DNA of 64,000 nt from Vulcanimicrobiota bacterium (GCA_963723515.1 CAVRQT010000002.1:64001-128000); one strand, 5' to 3'. Positions 10,298 to 20,502 are shown, counted from the first letter of the stretch. The notes: generated by a model not told the origin, from the sequence alone. A program made the numbers and translations.

Positions 10298-11227
10298 TTA
10301 GGGCTCAGCGCATATTCGGGTCAAGCGCATCCGCAACCCGTCGCCCATGTAGTTGATCGCCAGCACGGTGACGAGAATGCAAAGGCCGGGGAAGACGGCC
10401 GCCCACCAAGCGACCTGCAGATTCGAGATCGCGTTGCTCAGCATGTTGCCCCACGACGCCGTCGGCGGTTGAATTCCAAATCCTAGGAACGATATCGTCG
10501 ATTCAAGCACGATGACATTCGCGACGTCGAGCGTCGCTTGAACGATCAACGGTGCCATTGCATTCGGCAAGAGGTGCCGGAAGATGATGCGGGCATCGTT
10601 GTTACCTACCGCGCGCGCGGCTTCCGTATATTCGCGTTCCCGCAGAGAAAGGAATTGCGCGCGAACCAGTCGCGCGGCGGAGGGCCAAATGAGGGCTCCG
10701 ATGACGATCACGATGACCCCGAAACTCAGCGACGCCTTACTGGAACTCGCGGCCACGATCGCCGTTAGCACGAGCAGCAACGGCAACAGGGGGATCGACA
10801 AAAAGACGTCGGTGATGCGCATGATAATGTAGTCGACCCAGCCGCCGTAATAGCCGGCGATCGCGCCCAAGACCGTCCCGATGATGATTTCCATCAGCGT
10901 AGCGCTGATGCCGACCGTCAAAGAGATCCGCGCGCCGAACATCAAACGCGAAAGCAAGTCGCGGCCGACTTCGTCGGTGCCTAACGCATGATGTGCTATG
11001 CCGGGCGCAAGCGGGGTGCCGAGCCAGTGGACGTTGTCGATTGCATTCGGATCGTAGGGCGCGAGCTGCTTCGCAAAGATTGCGATAAGCACCATGAAGC
11101 CAAGCACGATGATTCCCGCAAGCGCGAGTTTATGGCGGCGGAAGCGCTTCCAAACGGTGACCTTACTGACAACGACGTCGTCTTCAGCTGCGGCGATCCT
11201 TTGATCGATCGGAATGCTTACAGCCAT
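10298..11227 (-). CDS. dppC: Oligopeptide/dipeptide ABC transporter permease (DppC/OppC-like); probable frameshift in the last codons
   Basis: LGTDEVGRDLLSRL, EAARAVG, RHLLPN, SFLGFGIQPPTASWG and NYMGDGLR. The usual DALDP ending lies in the adjacent frame. Confidence 0.92.
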   Translation of the reverse strand: MAVSIPIDQRIAAAEDDVVVSKVTVWKRFRRHKLALAGIIVLGFMVLIAIFAKQLAPYDPNAIDNVHWLGTPLAPGIAHHALGTDEVGRDLLSRLMFGARISLTVGISATLMEIIIGTVLGAIAGYYGGWVDYIIMRITDVFLSIPLLPLLLVLTAIVAASSSKASLSFGVIVIVIGALIWPSAARLVRAQFLSLREREYTEAARAVGNNDARIIFRHLLPNAMAPLIVQATLDVANVIVLESTISFLGFGIQPPTASWGNMLSNAISNLQVAWWAAVFPGLCILVTVLAINYMGDGLRMRLTRICAEP

Positions 11228-11266
11228 CTCGAGCTCCCTTGGAACCTCTGGATATCCAGAGGTTCC

Positions 11267-12238
11267 CTAATCATACTTCACGCGCGGATCGAGCCACGCG
11301 TACGCGACATCCGCCAAAAGATTCGAAAAGACGACGAAGAACGCGCCCAGCAGCAAGTAGCCCATCAGCAGCGCGATGTCGCTCTGTCCGAGAGCATTGA
11401 AGAACAGGCGTCCCGCACCGGGCCACGCAAAGATCGTCTCCGTCACGATGGCGCCGCCGACCAAACCGGGCAGGGCGAGCGCGACGATCGTCACGATCGG
11501 AATCATCGCATTCTTGAGGCCGTGTTTGAAAAGAACGGTTCGTCGGTCGAGACCTTTGGCTGCCGCCGTCCGCATGTAGTCGGTATGAATGACTTCCAAC
11601 ATCGAGCTGCGCATGAAGCGGCTATAGAGCGCCAACTGCAGGAGCGCCAAAACGATCGTCGGCAAAATCAAATGCACGATTCGATCGCTCAATACGAAAT
11701 TGTCATACGTGCTCAAGCTCGCCGACGGCAACCGAATTTCATAGCCGAACGCCTGGATGCCATGCACGGCAAACGCAAGCTGCAGCATCAAGGCGAACCA
11801 AAACACCGGCATCGATTGACCGAAGAACGCGAGCGTGGTGATGAAGTAATCCGAGAGCGAATACGGACGAACAGCGGCAAAGATGCCGGCCGAAAGTCCA
11901 AACGCCAGCGCCACAACAAAGGCGCTGACCTGCAACTCGAGCGTCGCCGGCAGCCGCTCCACGATCGCCTGCAAGACCGATTCGGAATTTGAGGTCGAGT
12001 AACCGAGGTCGCCGTGCAGCAGCTGTCCGAGCCAGACGAAATACCGGTAGATGAGCGGCTTGTCCAGCCCCAAATTATGCTTCAAACGCGCGATGTCGGC
12101 CGGCGTGATGTGCGGATTTTGCAGATATGGCGCAAGCGGGCCGCCCGGAGCATTGTTCAAGATGAGAAACAAGATCAGCGAGATCAGAATCAGCAGCGGA
12201 ATCGCTTGCAGCGTGCGCCGAACTACATAATTGAACAT
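11267..12238 (-). CDS. dppB: Oligopeptide/dipeptide ABC transporter permease (DppB/OppB-like)
   Basis: MFNYVVRR, GDLGYS, RLPATLEL, DYMRTAAAKGL, VTETIFAWPGAG and YAWLDPRV. Confidence 0.93.
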   Translation of the reverse strand: MFNYVVRRTLQAIPLLILISLILFLILNNAPGGPLAPYLQNPHITPADIARLKHNLGLDKPLIYRYFVWLGQLLHGDLGYSTSNSESVLQAIVERLPATLELQVSAFVVALAFGLSAGIFAAVRPYSLSDYFITTLAFFGQSMPVFWFALMLQLAFAVHGIQAFGYEIRLPSASLSTYDNFVLSDRIVHLILPTIVLALLQLALYSRFMRSSMLEVIHTDYMRTAAAKGLDRRTVLFKHGLKNAMIPIVTIVALALPGLVGGAIVTETIFAWPGAGRLFFNALGQSDIALLMGYLLLGAFFVVFSNLLADVAYAWLDPRVKYD

Positions 12239-12255
12239 CGCGGAATGCAGGCCGA

Positions 12256-13107
12256 TTAGGGCCTGCTTGCAGGTTCTCCTGTAACGGTTGCTTCGTGTCT
12301 GCGCAGCCGCAAAATCGTGCGCGCTTCGTTTGGCGTGCACACCTCGCGGCCGGCTTCGGCGGCGAGTCGACGCACGCGCGCCACGAGCTCTTCGTTCGTC
12401 GCTAGGCGCCCGCGCGAATAGTAAATGTTGTCTTCGAGTCCAACGCGCACGTGACCGCCCATCGCGATCGCGACAACCGACATCGGCAGTTGACCGCGCC
12501 CGATTCCCGAGGCAGACCATGTGCATCCCGCCGGAAGATTGTCAACCAAATCGCTCAAATTGTGCACCGTTGCATCGAGGCCGCCAGGGACACCGAGAAC
12601 AAAGTTGACGTGCTGCGGCAGTTGCAATACGCCTTCTTGCTCGAGCCGGCGCGCATTGCTCAGATGTCCCTTATCAAAGATTTCCAGCTCCGGCCGAACG
12701 TCGTACATCTTCATCTCTAGCAGAAGTCCGCGCATAATCGCGAAGCTGTTTTCGAAGATGTGCTCGCCAAAGTTGACGGTGCCACATGTGAGACTCGCCA
12801 TTTCGGGTCGCAATCGTAGCGGAGCGCGACGCTCTTCGGGCGTCATTCCGATTGCGCCACCCGTCGAAAACTGAACGATCAGATCGCTGTTGGCGCGAAT
12901 CTCTTCGAGCGCCGCGGCAAACCGCTCGACACTGTGAGTATTCGTTCCATCGTCGTCGCGGCAATGAACGTGAATAATGGAAGCGCCTGCCTCTTGTGCC
13001 TTAGCAGCAACCGCCCCTAACTGCTTCGGCGTAATCGGAAGGTGCGGAGTTTGGTCAACCGTCAGTTCGGCGCCGGTCGGCGCGACGGTGATGATCAGCG
13101 GCTGCAT
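12256..13107 (-). CDS. kce: 3-keto-5-aminohexanoate cleavage enzyme (BKACE/DUF849 family)
   Basis: LIITVAPTGAE, PITP, GASIIHVHCR, QFSTGGAIGMT, ASLTCGTVNFG and GGHVRVGLEDN. Confidence 0.9.
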   Translation of the reverse strand: MQPLIITVAPTGAELTVDQTPHLPITPKQLGAVAAKAQEAGASIIHVHCRDDDGTNTHSVERFAAALEEIRANSDLIVQFSTGGAIGMTPEERRAPLRLRPEMASLTCGTVNFGEHIFENSFAIMRGLLLEMKMYDVRPELEIFDKGHLSNARRLEQEGVLQLPQHVNFVLGVPGGLDATVHNLSDLVDNLPAGCTWSASGIGRGQLPMSVVAIAMGGHVRVGLEDNIYYSRGRLATNEELVARVRRLAAEAGREVCTPNEARTILRLRRHEATVTGEPASRP

Positions 13108-14707
13108 CGCGACAAAATGTCCTTGGCGCTTTGAACGAGCTCCTTGTCGAGCCCGAGCCACGCCGCGAGCTCGAGCGCATCGGAGGCCGCCTCACGTGCC
13201 TGAGGCGCGCGTTCGATTCGATAGTCCATGCGTTCAGCCAACGCGCGCAGCGCATCCTCCGTGCCGGCAAATTCCGGCGGCGTGCCATCGCTGCGCAGGC
13301 GGCCGACGGCAAAGTGTGCGATCTCAGCCTGCGCATCAAGCTCGATCAAGTGCGTCGCGGCGATGGCGCATCCGTCGCGCTTGCGCAACGCTCCGAGCAG
13401 CGCCAACAACAGCGCGTATGCCTCGCCGGGCGCCGTTGTGCGCGCGAATTCATCGATCAGCCAAAGCGTTCTGGGCCGCTGCTCCAGCAGTTCGCGCAGC
13501 CGCACGATCTCGCGCGCAAACGACGAGAGCAGCGGCTGCCGATCGTGAGCGCTGACATCGCGAGACGCCGAGCCACCGAATGCGCTCGAACAGCGCGACG
13601 GACGCACTTTTTGCCGGAACCGGTAAGCCGAACGCTGCACAAAGCGCGATGAAACCGGCCGTGCGTAATGCCGCGCTCTTTCCGCCCATGTTCGGACCCG
13701 TAAGCACATTTGATTCTCCAAAAGCGAGATCGATTGCAACATAGCGTTGTTCGTTGAGCGCGAGGTTCTCTTCGAGCGGCAAAAACCGGGCGCCACGGAC
13801 CTCGAGCGCTGTATGCGCCACATACTGAGGAACGACGCAACCGTAACGCTGCGCGAACAATGCGGCCGCTATCAGGACATCGGCATCCGCTGCGTCGAGA
13901 CCGCCCGCATTGAGCGCACCGGCAAAGTTTGCGACGACCGCGGAAAGGTTCTTGCGAACGTCTTCCTCCGCAGTTGCGGCAGCCGTCGCGCATCGATCGC
14001 GCATTTCGAGGGCCTCGAGCGCGGGCCGATCCAATTCCACCTCGCATAACAGATAGGTGGGCGCTTCACGAATCACATGAACGCCTGCCGGCAGTTGACC
14101 GCGCAGCTCATCGCGCATCACGATGAATTCATCGGTTGCGATCCCCTCGCGGCGGAGGGCCTCCGCAACGCGCGCATTGAGCGTTGCTCGCAACGCTTCA
14201 AATCGGTTCTCTGCTTCAGCAAGCTCGCGCCGTTTTTCGGCAAGCGTCTCAGAGAACCGATCGCCCAGAAAGAACGAGAATCCACCGCTTCTTCCCGCTG
14301 AAAGCGCTTCGAAGCACCGGGCCGCAAAGCGTCATTCCTCCCGGGAGAATCACCGCATCGATCAGCGCCGCAAGTTCTTTCATTCCGTCGCAAAATTGAA
14401 GCACCATAAAGAGATCGGGATCGCCTAGCGTCTCACCAAGCCGCGCGCGGCCGATTGCCGAGCGAATGTCGGGCAGGCGGCGAAGCACTTCGCGAATCGA
14501 TTCTAGAGTGTCGGATGCAAACGTACGCGCAACGTTGGCGATGCGTTCGCCGTGTTGTTGCGCCGCAGCTTCATCGCCCGTTCGAAATGGTTCCCAACGC
14601 GCAAAACGATCAGCGCCATATTGAGTTAGGGGCTGGAGTTGATTGGCGACCCAATCGAAGCGCAGCTCCGCGGCAGTTATGGCGTCACAGAGTGCACGAA
14701 CGTTCAT
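13095..14707 (-). CDS. kamC: MutS-ATPase-domain protein, KamC-like (putative lysine 5,6-aminomutase reactivase subunit); frameshifts near 14300 and 13570
   Basis: Walker A LTGPNMGGKS, LSSFAREI, LIDEFARTTAPGEA and ATH across three ORFs. Lacks the MutS mismatch-binding domain. Lies between kamB-like and kce genes. Confidence 0.72.
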
Positions 14708-15610
14708 GCGGCGGCACGCGTTCCGGCGTACGCATCAAATGTGGGCAGCCCCGTCTGCTCGGCGACAGCGCGCGCAAACTCGCGCGGTTCAAAATATCGG
14801 TCGCGTCCGATCGAGGCAACCGTTACTGCAACGATCCGTAAGGGATGCTCGCAACGGATCTCGAGCGCTTCAGACGCTTTGAGCAGCGCGTTGCCATGCA
14901 GAACGATGCGCGTTGGATCGGTTACGACGACTTGCCGCCTCTCATGGGCGCCGATTAATGTCTCTGCTGCGAGCGGAATCTAAGACACCGGCGATACGCA
15001 CGAACGGTCTCGCCGGATCGAACGCGGGCGTCTGCAGCCGCCGAACGAGTGCGCCGGTTTGCGTCGCCGCCGCTTCAAGTGTCGCAGCCGCGGAAGCACC
15101 CGTTGCGACGATAACCGCATCATCTTCACCCGCAAGCGCCGCCAATCGATCGACCGCTCCATCGATGATGACGCGTTGGGCACCATGGGCGAACAACCGC
15201 CGCTTCACGCGGTGCATCGCCGACGCATTCGGCGGACCGACGAGCTCGATGTTCGCCGGCGCACGCGTTCGGATAAAGACGATGGCGCCAAGTGCGGTCG
15301 CCATATCTGAAACCTCGAGAATCTCGCACGCCGGCGATGGCGACAAAGCGTCGCGCGCAGTCGCGGCAAAGACGTTCGCTTCCAACCGCAGGCGCGGCTT
15401 GGGCATCGCATCGACCGCATCGATCGCTTCACCATCGCGTCCAACGGATGCAACGCCGAAGGGCCGCTGATGTTTCTGAAGCGCGCCGCACAGCGTTCTC
15501 ACAACGACCGTCTTGCCGACGTTCTTCGCCGTGCCCACGACGGCAATCGAGCGCGAGCCGTGCGCCTCACAAAGCTCCAGCAAGGATTCGCCGACGTCTA
15601 AAGGCCCCAA
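14704..15610 (-). CDS. kamB: KamB-like protein (putative lysine 5,6-aminomutase reactivase partner); frameshift near 14950
   Basis: SIAVVGTAKNVGKT, SVGRDGE...PKPR, LVGP, IIDGAVDR and VATGA pattern typical of KamB in lysine-fermentation clusters. Stop codon overlaps the kamC ATG. Confidence 0.72.
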
Positions 15611-16161
15611 CGCAGCACCTTATTTGCGATAAAAAACAACCCGGTGACGAGCAGCACGATACCGGCCCAAAGTTCAGCGCCTTCTTCCGCGCGCCGCCCC
15701 AGCGTGCGACCAAGTGCTATCCCGGCAAACGTTGCGATTACGGACGCGACACCAATGGCGATCAGTGCCGTATACAACGGCACGCCGATATAAAGGATCG
15801 AAAAGCCGATTCCGAGCGAATCGAGACTGATTGAAAGCGACGCGACCGCAAGGCCCCAGCCCCTCGTCATGTCGAGTGCGCTGCCCGAACGGGCCTCTCG
15901 GAGACTCTCAGCGATCATGTAAGCGCCAAGCGCGACCAACGCGATGAATCCGAGATATCCCGCGACGCTCCCGATCAACTGTCCAAGGACCGAGCCGAGC
16001 CCTACACCGACCAAGCTCATCGCGATCTGCGCCACCGCAAACGAACATCCTATGCGCCATTTAGTCGATGGGCGAACGCCACGCATTCCGACGCCGATAC
16101 TCACCGCAAAGCAGTCCAACGCCAACGATAGCGCAACGAAAAGAATCTTGAGCGCGGCCAC
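15598..16161 (-). CDS. mntP: Manganese efflux pump MntP family
   Basis: LSLALDCFAVSIGVG and SISLDSLGIGFS repeats; about 6 TM segments. Confidence 0.88.
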   Translation of the reverse strand: MAALKILFVALSLALDCFAVSIGVGMRGVRPSTKWRIGCSFAVAQIAMSLVGVGLGSVLGQLIGSVAGYLGFIALVALGAYMIAESLREARSGSALDMTRGWGLAVASLSISLDSLGIGFSILYIGVPLYTALIAIGVASVIATFAGIALGRTLGRRAEEGAELWAGIVLLVTGLFFIANKVLRWGL

Positions 16162-16201
16162 CGTTCGCCATCATACCACTGATTTTGGTAGAGTCTTTTT
16201 T

Positions 16202-16969
16202 GTGAAACGCGCTGCCTGGCCGTTCGTCGTCGCATTAGCGATATTGGCGTTCGCGATGCTCTGGCCGACGCTCGCACTTTTGACCAACGTTTCGCCTGCC
16301 GCCGTCGCAAGTGTCTTCGCCGGTCCGAGCGTTCGCAACGCTGCGCTCGTTTCGCTTATCGCATCCACGGTCGCCGTATTGGCGGCAACGATTCTTGGCG
16401 TGCCGGCGGCATACGAACTCGCGCGCTGGCGTGATGGTCCACGAAGTGTTGCGTTGTTCGTCCTTGGATTGCCGCTTGCGTTTCCGCCGGTTGCGAGCGG
16501 CATCATTCTATTGAACGTCATTGGAGTGCAGACGCCGTTCGGCGCATGGTTGAGCCGCCACGGAATCTTCCTCGTTGATTCTTTGGGCGGCGTCGCGCTT
16601 GCGGAATTCTTCGTTTCCGGATCGTTCGTGGTCATCGCTGCGAGTGCAGCGTTTCGAGCGGTCGATCCGATCTACGAGGAGGCCGCCGCGACTCTCGGCG
16701 CATCTCGGGTGCAGACGTTTTGGCGCATCGCTCTACCGCTCGGGGCGCCAAACATTTTCGCGGGTGTGCTCCTCGCATGGCTGCGCGCGATCGGCGAGTA
16801 CGGCGCGACGTCGATCGTGGCCTATCGGCCGACGTCCTTGCCGGTCGCGCTCTACGTTACGCTGTCGGCGCAAGGCCTCGCCCCTGCGCTGGCGTTGAGT
16901 TACGGATTCGTCGTGCTTGCCGCACTCGTTATTGCCGTGCAATGGGCGGTCCGGCGCCACGTCGTATAA
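16202..16969 (+). CDS. Molybdate/sulfate-type ABC transporter permease (ModB-like)
   Basis: LPLAFPPVASG, YEEAAATLGAS, WLRAIGEYGAT and TSLPVALY. Confidence 0.85.
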   Translation: MKRAAWPFVVALAILAFAMLWPTLALLTNVSPAAVASVFAGPSVRNAALVSLIASTVAVLAATILGVPAAYELARWRDGPRSVALFVLGLPLAFPPVASGIILLNVIGVQTPFGAWLSRHGIFLVDSLGGVALAEFFVSGSFVVIAASAAFRAVDPIYEEAAATLGASRVQTFWRIALPLGAPNIFAGVLLAWLRAIGEYGATSIVAYRPTSLPVALYVTLSAQGLAPALALSYGFVVLAALVIAVQWAVRRHVV

Positions 16970-16977
16970 CGCCGCTC

Positions 16978-17872
16978 GTGGCTCTGCTCGAACGCGTTTT
17001 TGCGCCGGAATCCAGCTTTCAAAAGCGCTTCTTTTTCTTGGCAAGGCGGTTCGTCGCCGGAGAGACGATCGACGACGCACTCGCCGCCGTCCGCGCGATC
17101 AATGAGCGCGGCATGAGCGCAACGCTCGACTTCTTGGGAGAAGATGTAAGCGAAGAGAGCGCTGCGCTGCATACGCGCGACGTCTACTTCGACATTCTGG
17201 ACGCGATTAAACGCGAGGGCGTCGACAGCAACGTTTCCGTCAAGCTGTCGGCTCTCGGTTTGCTGATCTCCGAAGACCTTGCAACGCAGCACCTGACGTC
17301 AATCGTCGAGCGCGCCGCGAACAACCGCGATCCCTTCGTGCGAATCGACATGGAAGGTTCCGGCTGCACGCAACCGACGCTCGGCGTTTTCGAGCGGGTC
17401 TTCGCTTCTCACGCGAAACGTTGGGCCGGTGTTGCAGGCGCTGTTGAAGCGAACGCCGGCTGACGTAGAGCAAATGATCGGGCTAAAAGCACGCGTTCGT
17501 CTGTGCAAAGGCGCCTACAAAGAGCCCGCGGCGATCGCGCACCAATCGATGCCGACGATTCGCCGCGAATATTTGCGACTGGCCGAGCGGCTGCTGTCGT
17601 CCGCAACCTATCCCGGGCTCGCGACACATGACCTGCGTTTGATCGGCGCGATCAAGCGTTTTACGAAACAACACGCGATCGCACCGGATCGCTTTGAGTT
17701 TCAGATGCTCTACGGCGTGCGCCCGCACATCCAACGAGAGCTCATATCTGAAGGGTATCGCCTTCGCATCTACATTCCGTTTGGAACGCATTGGGCGGCG
17801 TACTTCTATCGTCGCGTGCTCGAGCGCAAGGAGAACGCGCTCTTCGCCTTGTCCTCGCTCTTCTCGCGCTGA
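16978..17872 (+). CDS. Monofunctional proline dehydrogenase; frameshift near 17420
   Basis: RRFVAGET, LDFLGE, SVKLSALG, VRIDME, RLCKGAYKE, ATHD, FEFQMLYGVR and YIPFG...YFYRR..ER. Confidence 0.92.
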
Positions 17873-18321
17873 TGCGCGCGGTCGTGCAGCGGGTTTCCTC
17901 CGCGGCGGTTGACGTCAACGGGGAGACAACTGGAGAGATCGCAGAGGGCCTATGCGTGTTGCTCAGCGTCGGTGTTGACGACGCCGACGATGATGCCGCC
18001 GGCATAGCCGACAAAATTGCGGAACTTCGAATCTTTCGCGACGAGCAAGGCCAGATGAACCGCTCCCTCATCGATACCGGCGGCGCCGTGTTGCTGATCT
18101 CTCAGTTCACGCTCCACGGCGACGCGCGAAAAGGACGCCGGCCCTCCTTTATAACGGCCGCTCGTGAAGAGCAGGCAAAGCCGCTCTACGAACGAGTCGG
18201 GCAACTTCTCGAGCGGCGCGGACTCACTGTTGCGTACGGTATTTTCGGCGCGCGCATGAGCGTTCAACTCGTCAACGAGGGTCCGGTAACGATCCTCTTA
18301 GATTCGAAGAAGTTGTTCTAA
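17872..18321 (+). CDS. dtd: D-aminoacyl-tRNA deacylase
   Basis: MRAVVQRVS, LRIF, SQFTL, GRRPSF and NEGPVT. Confidence 0.96.
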   Translation: MRAVVQRVSSAAVDVNGETTGEIAEGLCVLLSVGVDDADDDAAGIADKIAELRIFRDEQGQMNRSLIDTGGAVLLISQFTLHGDARKGRRPSFITAAREEQAKPLYERVGQLLERRGLTVAYGIFGARMSVQLVNEGPVTILLDSKKLF

Positions 18322-18352
18322 GTTCGCAATGCCGGCCGAACGCTGCATAAAC

Positions 18353-18376
18353 TGTCACGCTGAGCTTGTCGAAGCG
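18353..18376. repeat. REP-like repeat copy
   Basis: TGTCACGCTGAGCTTGTCGAAGCG. Confidence 0.85.
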
Positions 18377-18392
18377 CCACTGTAATTGTCAT

Positions 18393-18543
18393 CGTCGCCA
18401 CGTGACGGGGTGACATTTCCCTCGGCGGACGTGACACTGTCATCGTTGTCACCCTGAGCCTGTCGAAGGGGCCTCCTTTCAATAGCGGGAGTCGCCTGCT
18501 CCATACGCCCCCGAGTGAAACGTCACCCCGCCACATGACAACG
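18393..18543 (-). repeat. Long inverted-repeat element enclosing a REP-like copy (18447-18470)
   Basis: 33-nt arms 18393-18425 and 18511-18543 match at 27/33. Five of the six mismatches become G-U pairs on the minus strand. Confidence 0.75.
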
Positions 18544-18574
18544 CGTTACGTCTGCTCACAACGTCGCCGAAAGT

Positions 18575-20053
18575 CTAGCGTGAGTCGGGGATTTGCTCCA
18601 CGCGCGTCATGCGATCGCTTTCCACCAGACGGCCGAGCACGTCGAAGCCGCTGCTCACCTCTCCGAATACCGTGAAATCGCGATTTAAATGCAGTTGCGG
18701 CGAGAGGGTGATGTAAAATTGCGTCCCTGCTGAATCACGAATCGGGCTGTTGTCTTTGTAATTCAAGCCCATCGAAATAACGTAGCTGCGCTGCTCGAGC
18801 GGATTCTCTTCGGCGGGAATCGAGTAGCCGGCATCGCCCTCACCATTGTCACTTGGATCCCCGGTCTGCACGACAAAGTCGGGGACGATTCGGAACCAGC
18901 GCAGGCCATCGTAGTAGCCGCGGTTCGTGAGGTTCAAGAAGTTCTCGACCGTCAACGGCGCCCATTCGGGATAGAGCGTGAGGATCAGCGTGCCTTTCGT
19001 CGTGCGAATTCGAACGCGCGGGTGCGGTCCGGGCATCGGTCCATCCATGAGTGCGGACGTCGTCGGATGCAAACGCGGGCGCGTGATGATGCCTTGCGGA
19101 TCGGGGGCCGATGGTTTCCCGCTAAACGTCGGGCGTGGTAACGGCGCGATTTCCATGAAATTCTGCACGTGCACCGGCGGAACGTGAACGCCGGCAGGCA
19201 TCTCTTTCAGATGATCGGTGGGTGGCTCACCGCGCAGCGCTCGCATCGATTCGATCGTTTGCAGTTGCACGCGCCACGATGCATCATTGAGCAGCGGTTG
19301 CAGCGTCGAAAGCGCATCTTTGTTTTTTAGGCGACCGTACGCGCGAACGGCTTCAATGCGTACGAGCTCGTTACGATCGTGCAATGCGTTCGTCAAAATT
19401 TCGCGAGGAACACGGATCGCATATCCGCGGTAGATCGTCCACATGATGTGCCAGCGAACGTCATCATCGCGTTCGCGGGTGAAGGCGTTCGCAAGCTCGC
19501 GCGAGGCGAGATCGCCCATCAGTCCGGTCCGAAACGCTTCGAACGCCGCCGCCGCGCGACCCCGAACTCGCGGATCGCGATCCGCCTTCAGGGCGGCCAC
19601 AAGTGCCGACGCGGCTGACGATTCATCGTTACCGCGGAATCGTTGCGCAGCCTCATAGCGTGCAATCGCATCGATCGCCGCGACGCGAACCGCGGTCGAG
19701 CGGTCGCTGTTGACGTCGCTGATCAACGTCGGTGCGCTCGCGCCGTTTGCAATCAGGCCCAGACCATACACCGCCATAGCGCGGACGCCGTCATCTCGAT
19801 CGTGGATGTGGCGCTGGAGCAGCGACACGCCGTGCGGATCCTTCGTCCGCCCAATGGCGAGCGCAGCACGCGCTGCAATCGAGGAGTCCTTAGAGGCGAG
19901 ATAGCCGGCGAGCGCTCCTCTGCCAAGCGAGCGGGCTTTCTCGAGACCGGCCATCGACTGGTACGGGTCGGCTGCGCTGGCCAAGGCCGCCATTGCCACC
20001 ATGAGGGCAGCCGCCTTGAAGAGCACTGGGAGCGACCGATTGTTCAGAAACAT
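18575..20053 (-). CDS. Secreted HEAT-repeat protein with C-terminal cyclophilin-type peptidyl-prolyl isomerase
   Basis: Signal peptide; HEAT repeats (VRAMAVYGLG, VRIEAVRAYG); APLTVENF, YYDGLRWFRIVPDFVVQTGDP, GTQFYIT and FTVFGEV. Confidence 0.9.
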   Translation of the reverse strand: MFLNNRSLPVLFKAAALMVAMAALASAADPYQSMAGLEKARSLGRGALAGYLASKDSSIAARAALAIGRTKDPHGVSLLQRHIHDRDDGVRAMAVYGLGLIANGASAPTLISDVNSDRSTAVRVAAIDAIARYEAAQRFRGNDESSAASALVAALKADRDPRVRGRAAAAFEAFRTGLMGDLASRELANAFTRERDDDVRWHIMWTIYRGYAIRVPREILTNALHDRNELVRIEAVRAYGRLKNKDALSTLQPLLNDASWRVQLQTIESMRALRGEPPTDHLKEMPAGVHVPPVHVQNFMEIAPLPRPTFSGKPSAPDPQGIITRPRLHPTTSALMDGPMPGPHPRVRIRTTKGTLILTLYPEWAPLTVENFLNLTNRGYYDGLRWFRIVPDFVVQTGDPSDNGEGDAGYSIPAEENPLEQRSYVISMGLNYKDNSPIRDSAGTQFYITLSPQLHLNRDFTVFGEVSSGFDVLGRLVESDRMTRVEQIPDSR

Positions 20054-20147
20054 CTAACGTTCGGGTGGTTCAGTGCGTTGTAGTATATGGAGCACTCAAG
20101 TGCCGTCCTCCCAGGGCGGACCAACGGAAAGACAGGTTCAGCACACC

Positions 20148-20498
20148 ATGCCCAGCAGTCCCCAATCCAGAAAGAATGGCGGTATGACCGTCCGAGAGGC
20201 CGGTCAAAAAGGCGGCGAGACCGTCAAGAAAAAGTACGGCCCGGAGTTTTATGAAACGATCGGGCGCAAAGGCGGCCAGGCGACGAAGCTGGCTCACGGT
20301 CACGCCTTCTACGAACAAATCGGTAAGAAAGGCGGGAAGAAAGGCGGCGAAGCGACGCGCGACCGCTACGGCCCGAATTTCTACGAACAGATCGGACAAA
20401 AAGGTGGCCAAAAAGTCAAGCAACTCATCGAAGAAGGAAAGCGAGCTGCTGCGGCATCGCGCCGGGCGCAGAGCGCCGAAGAAAAGCGCGCGTCCTAA
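20148..20498 (+). CDS. KGG-repeat general stress protein (GsiB/Con-10-like)
   Basis: MTVREAGQKGG followed by roughly 20-aa repeats of the form G.EFYE.IG.KGG. Confidence 0.88.
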   Translation: MPSSPQSRKNGGMTVREAGQKGGETVKKKYGPEFYETIGRKGGQATKLAHGHAFYEQIGKKGGKKGGEATRDRYGPNFYEQIGQKGGQKVKQLIEEGKRAAAASRRAQSAEEKRAS

Positions 20499-20502
20499 CA
20501 CC

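Noticed and set aside
13095..14707. Mismatch-repair MutS or MutS2
   Set aside because: Too short, with no mismatch-binding or Smr domain. The context with kamB-like and kce genes fits KamC.
18353..18543. CRISPR mini-array
   Set aside because: Only two direct copies, about 70 nt apart. The same unit is dispersed elsewhere and no cas genes are present.
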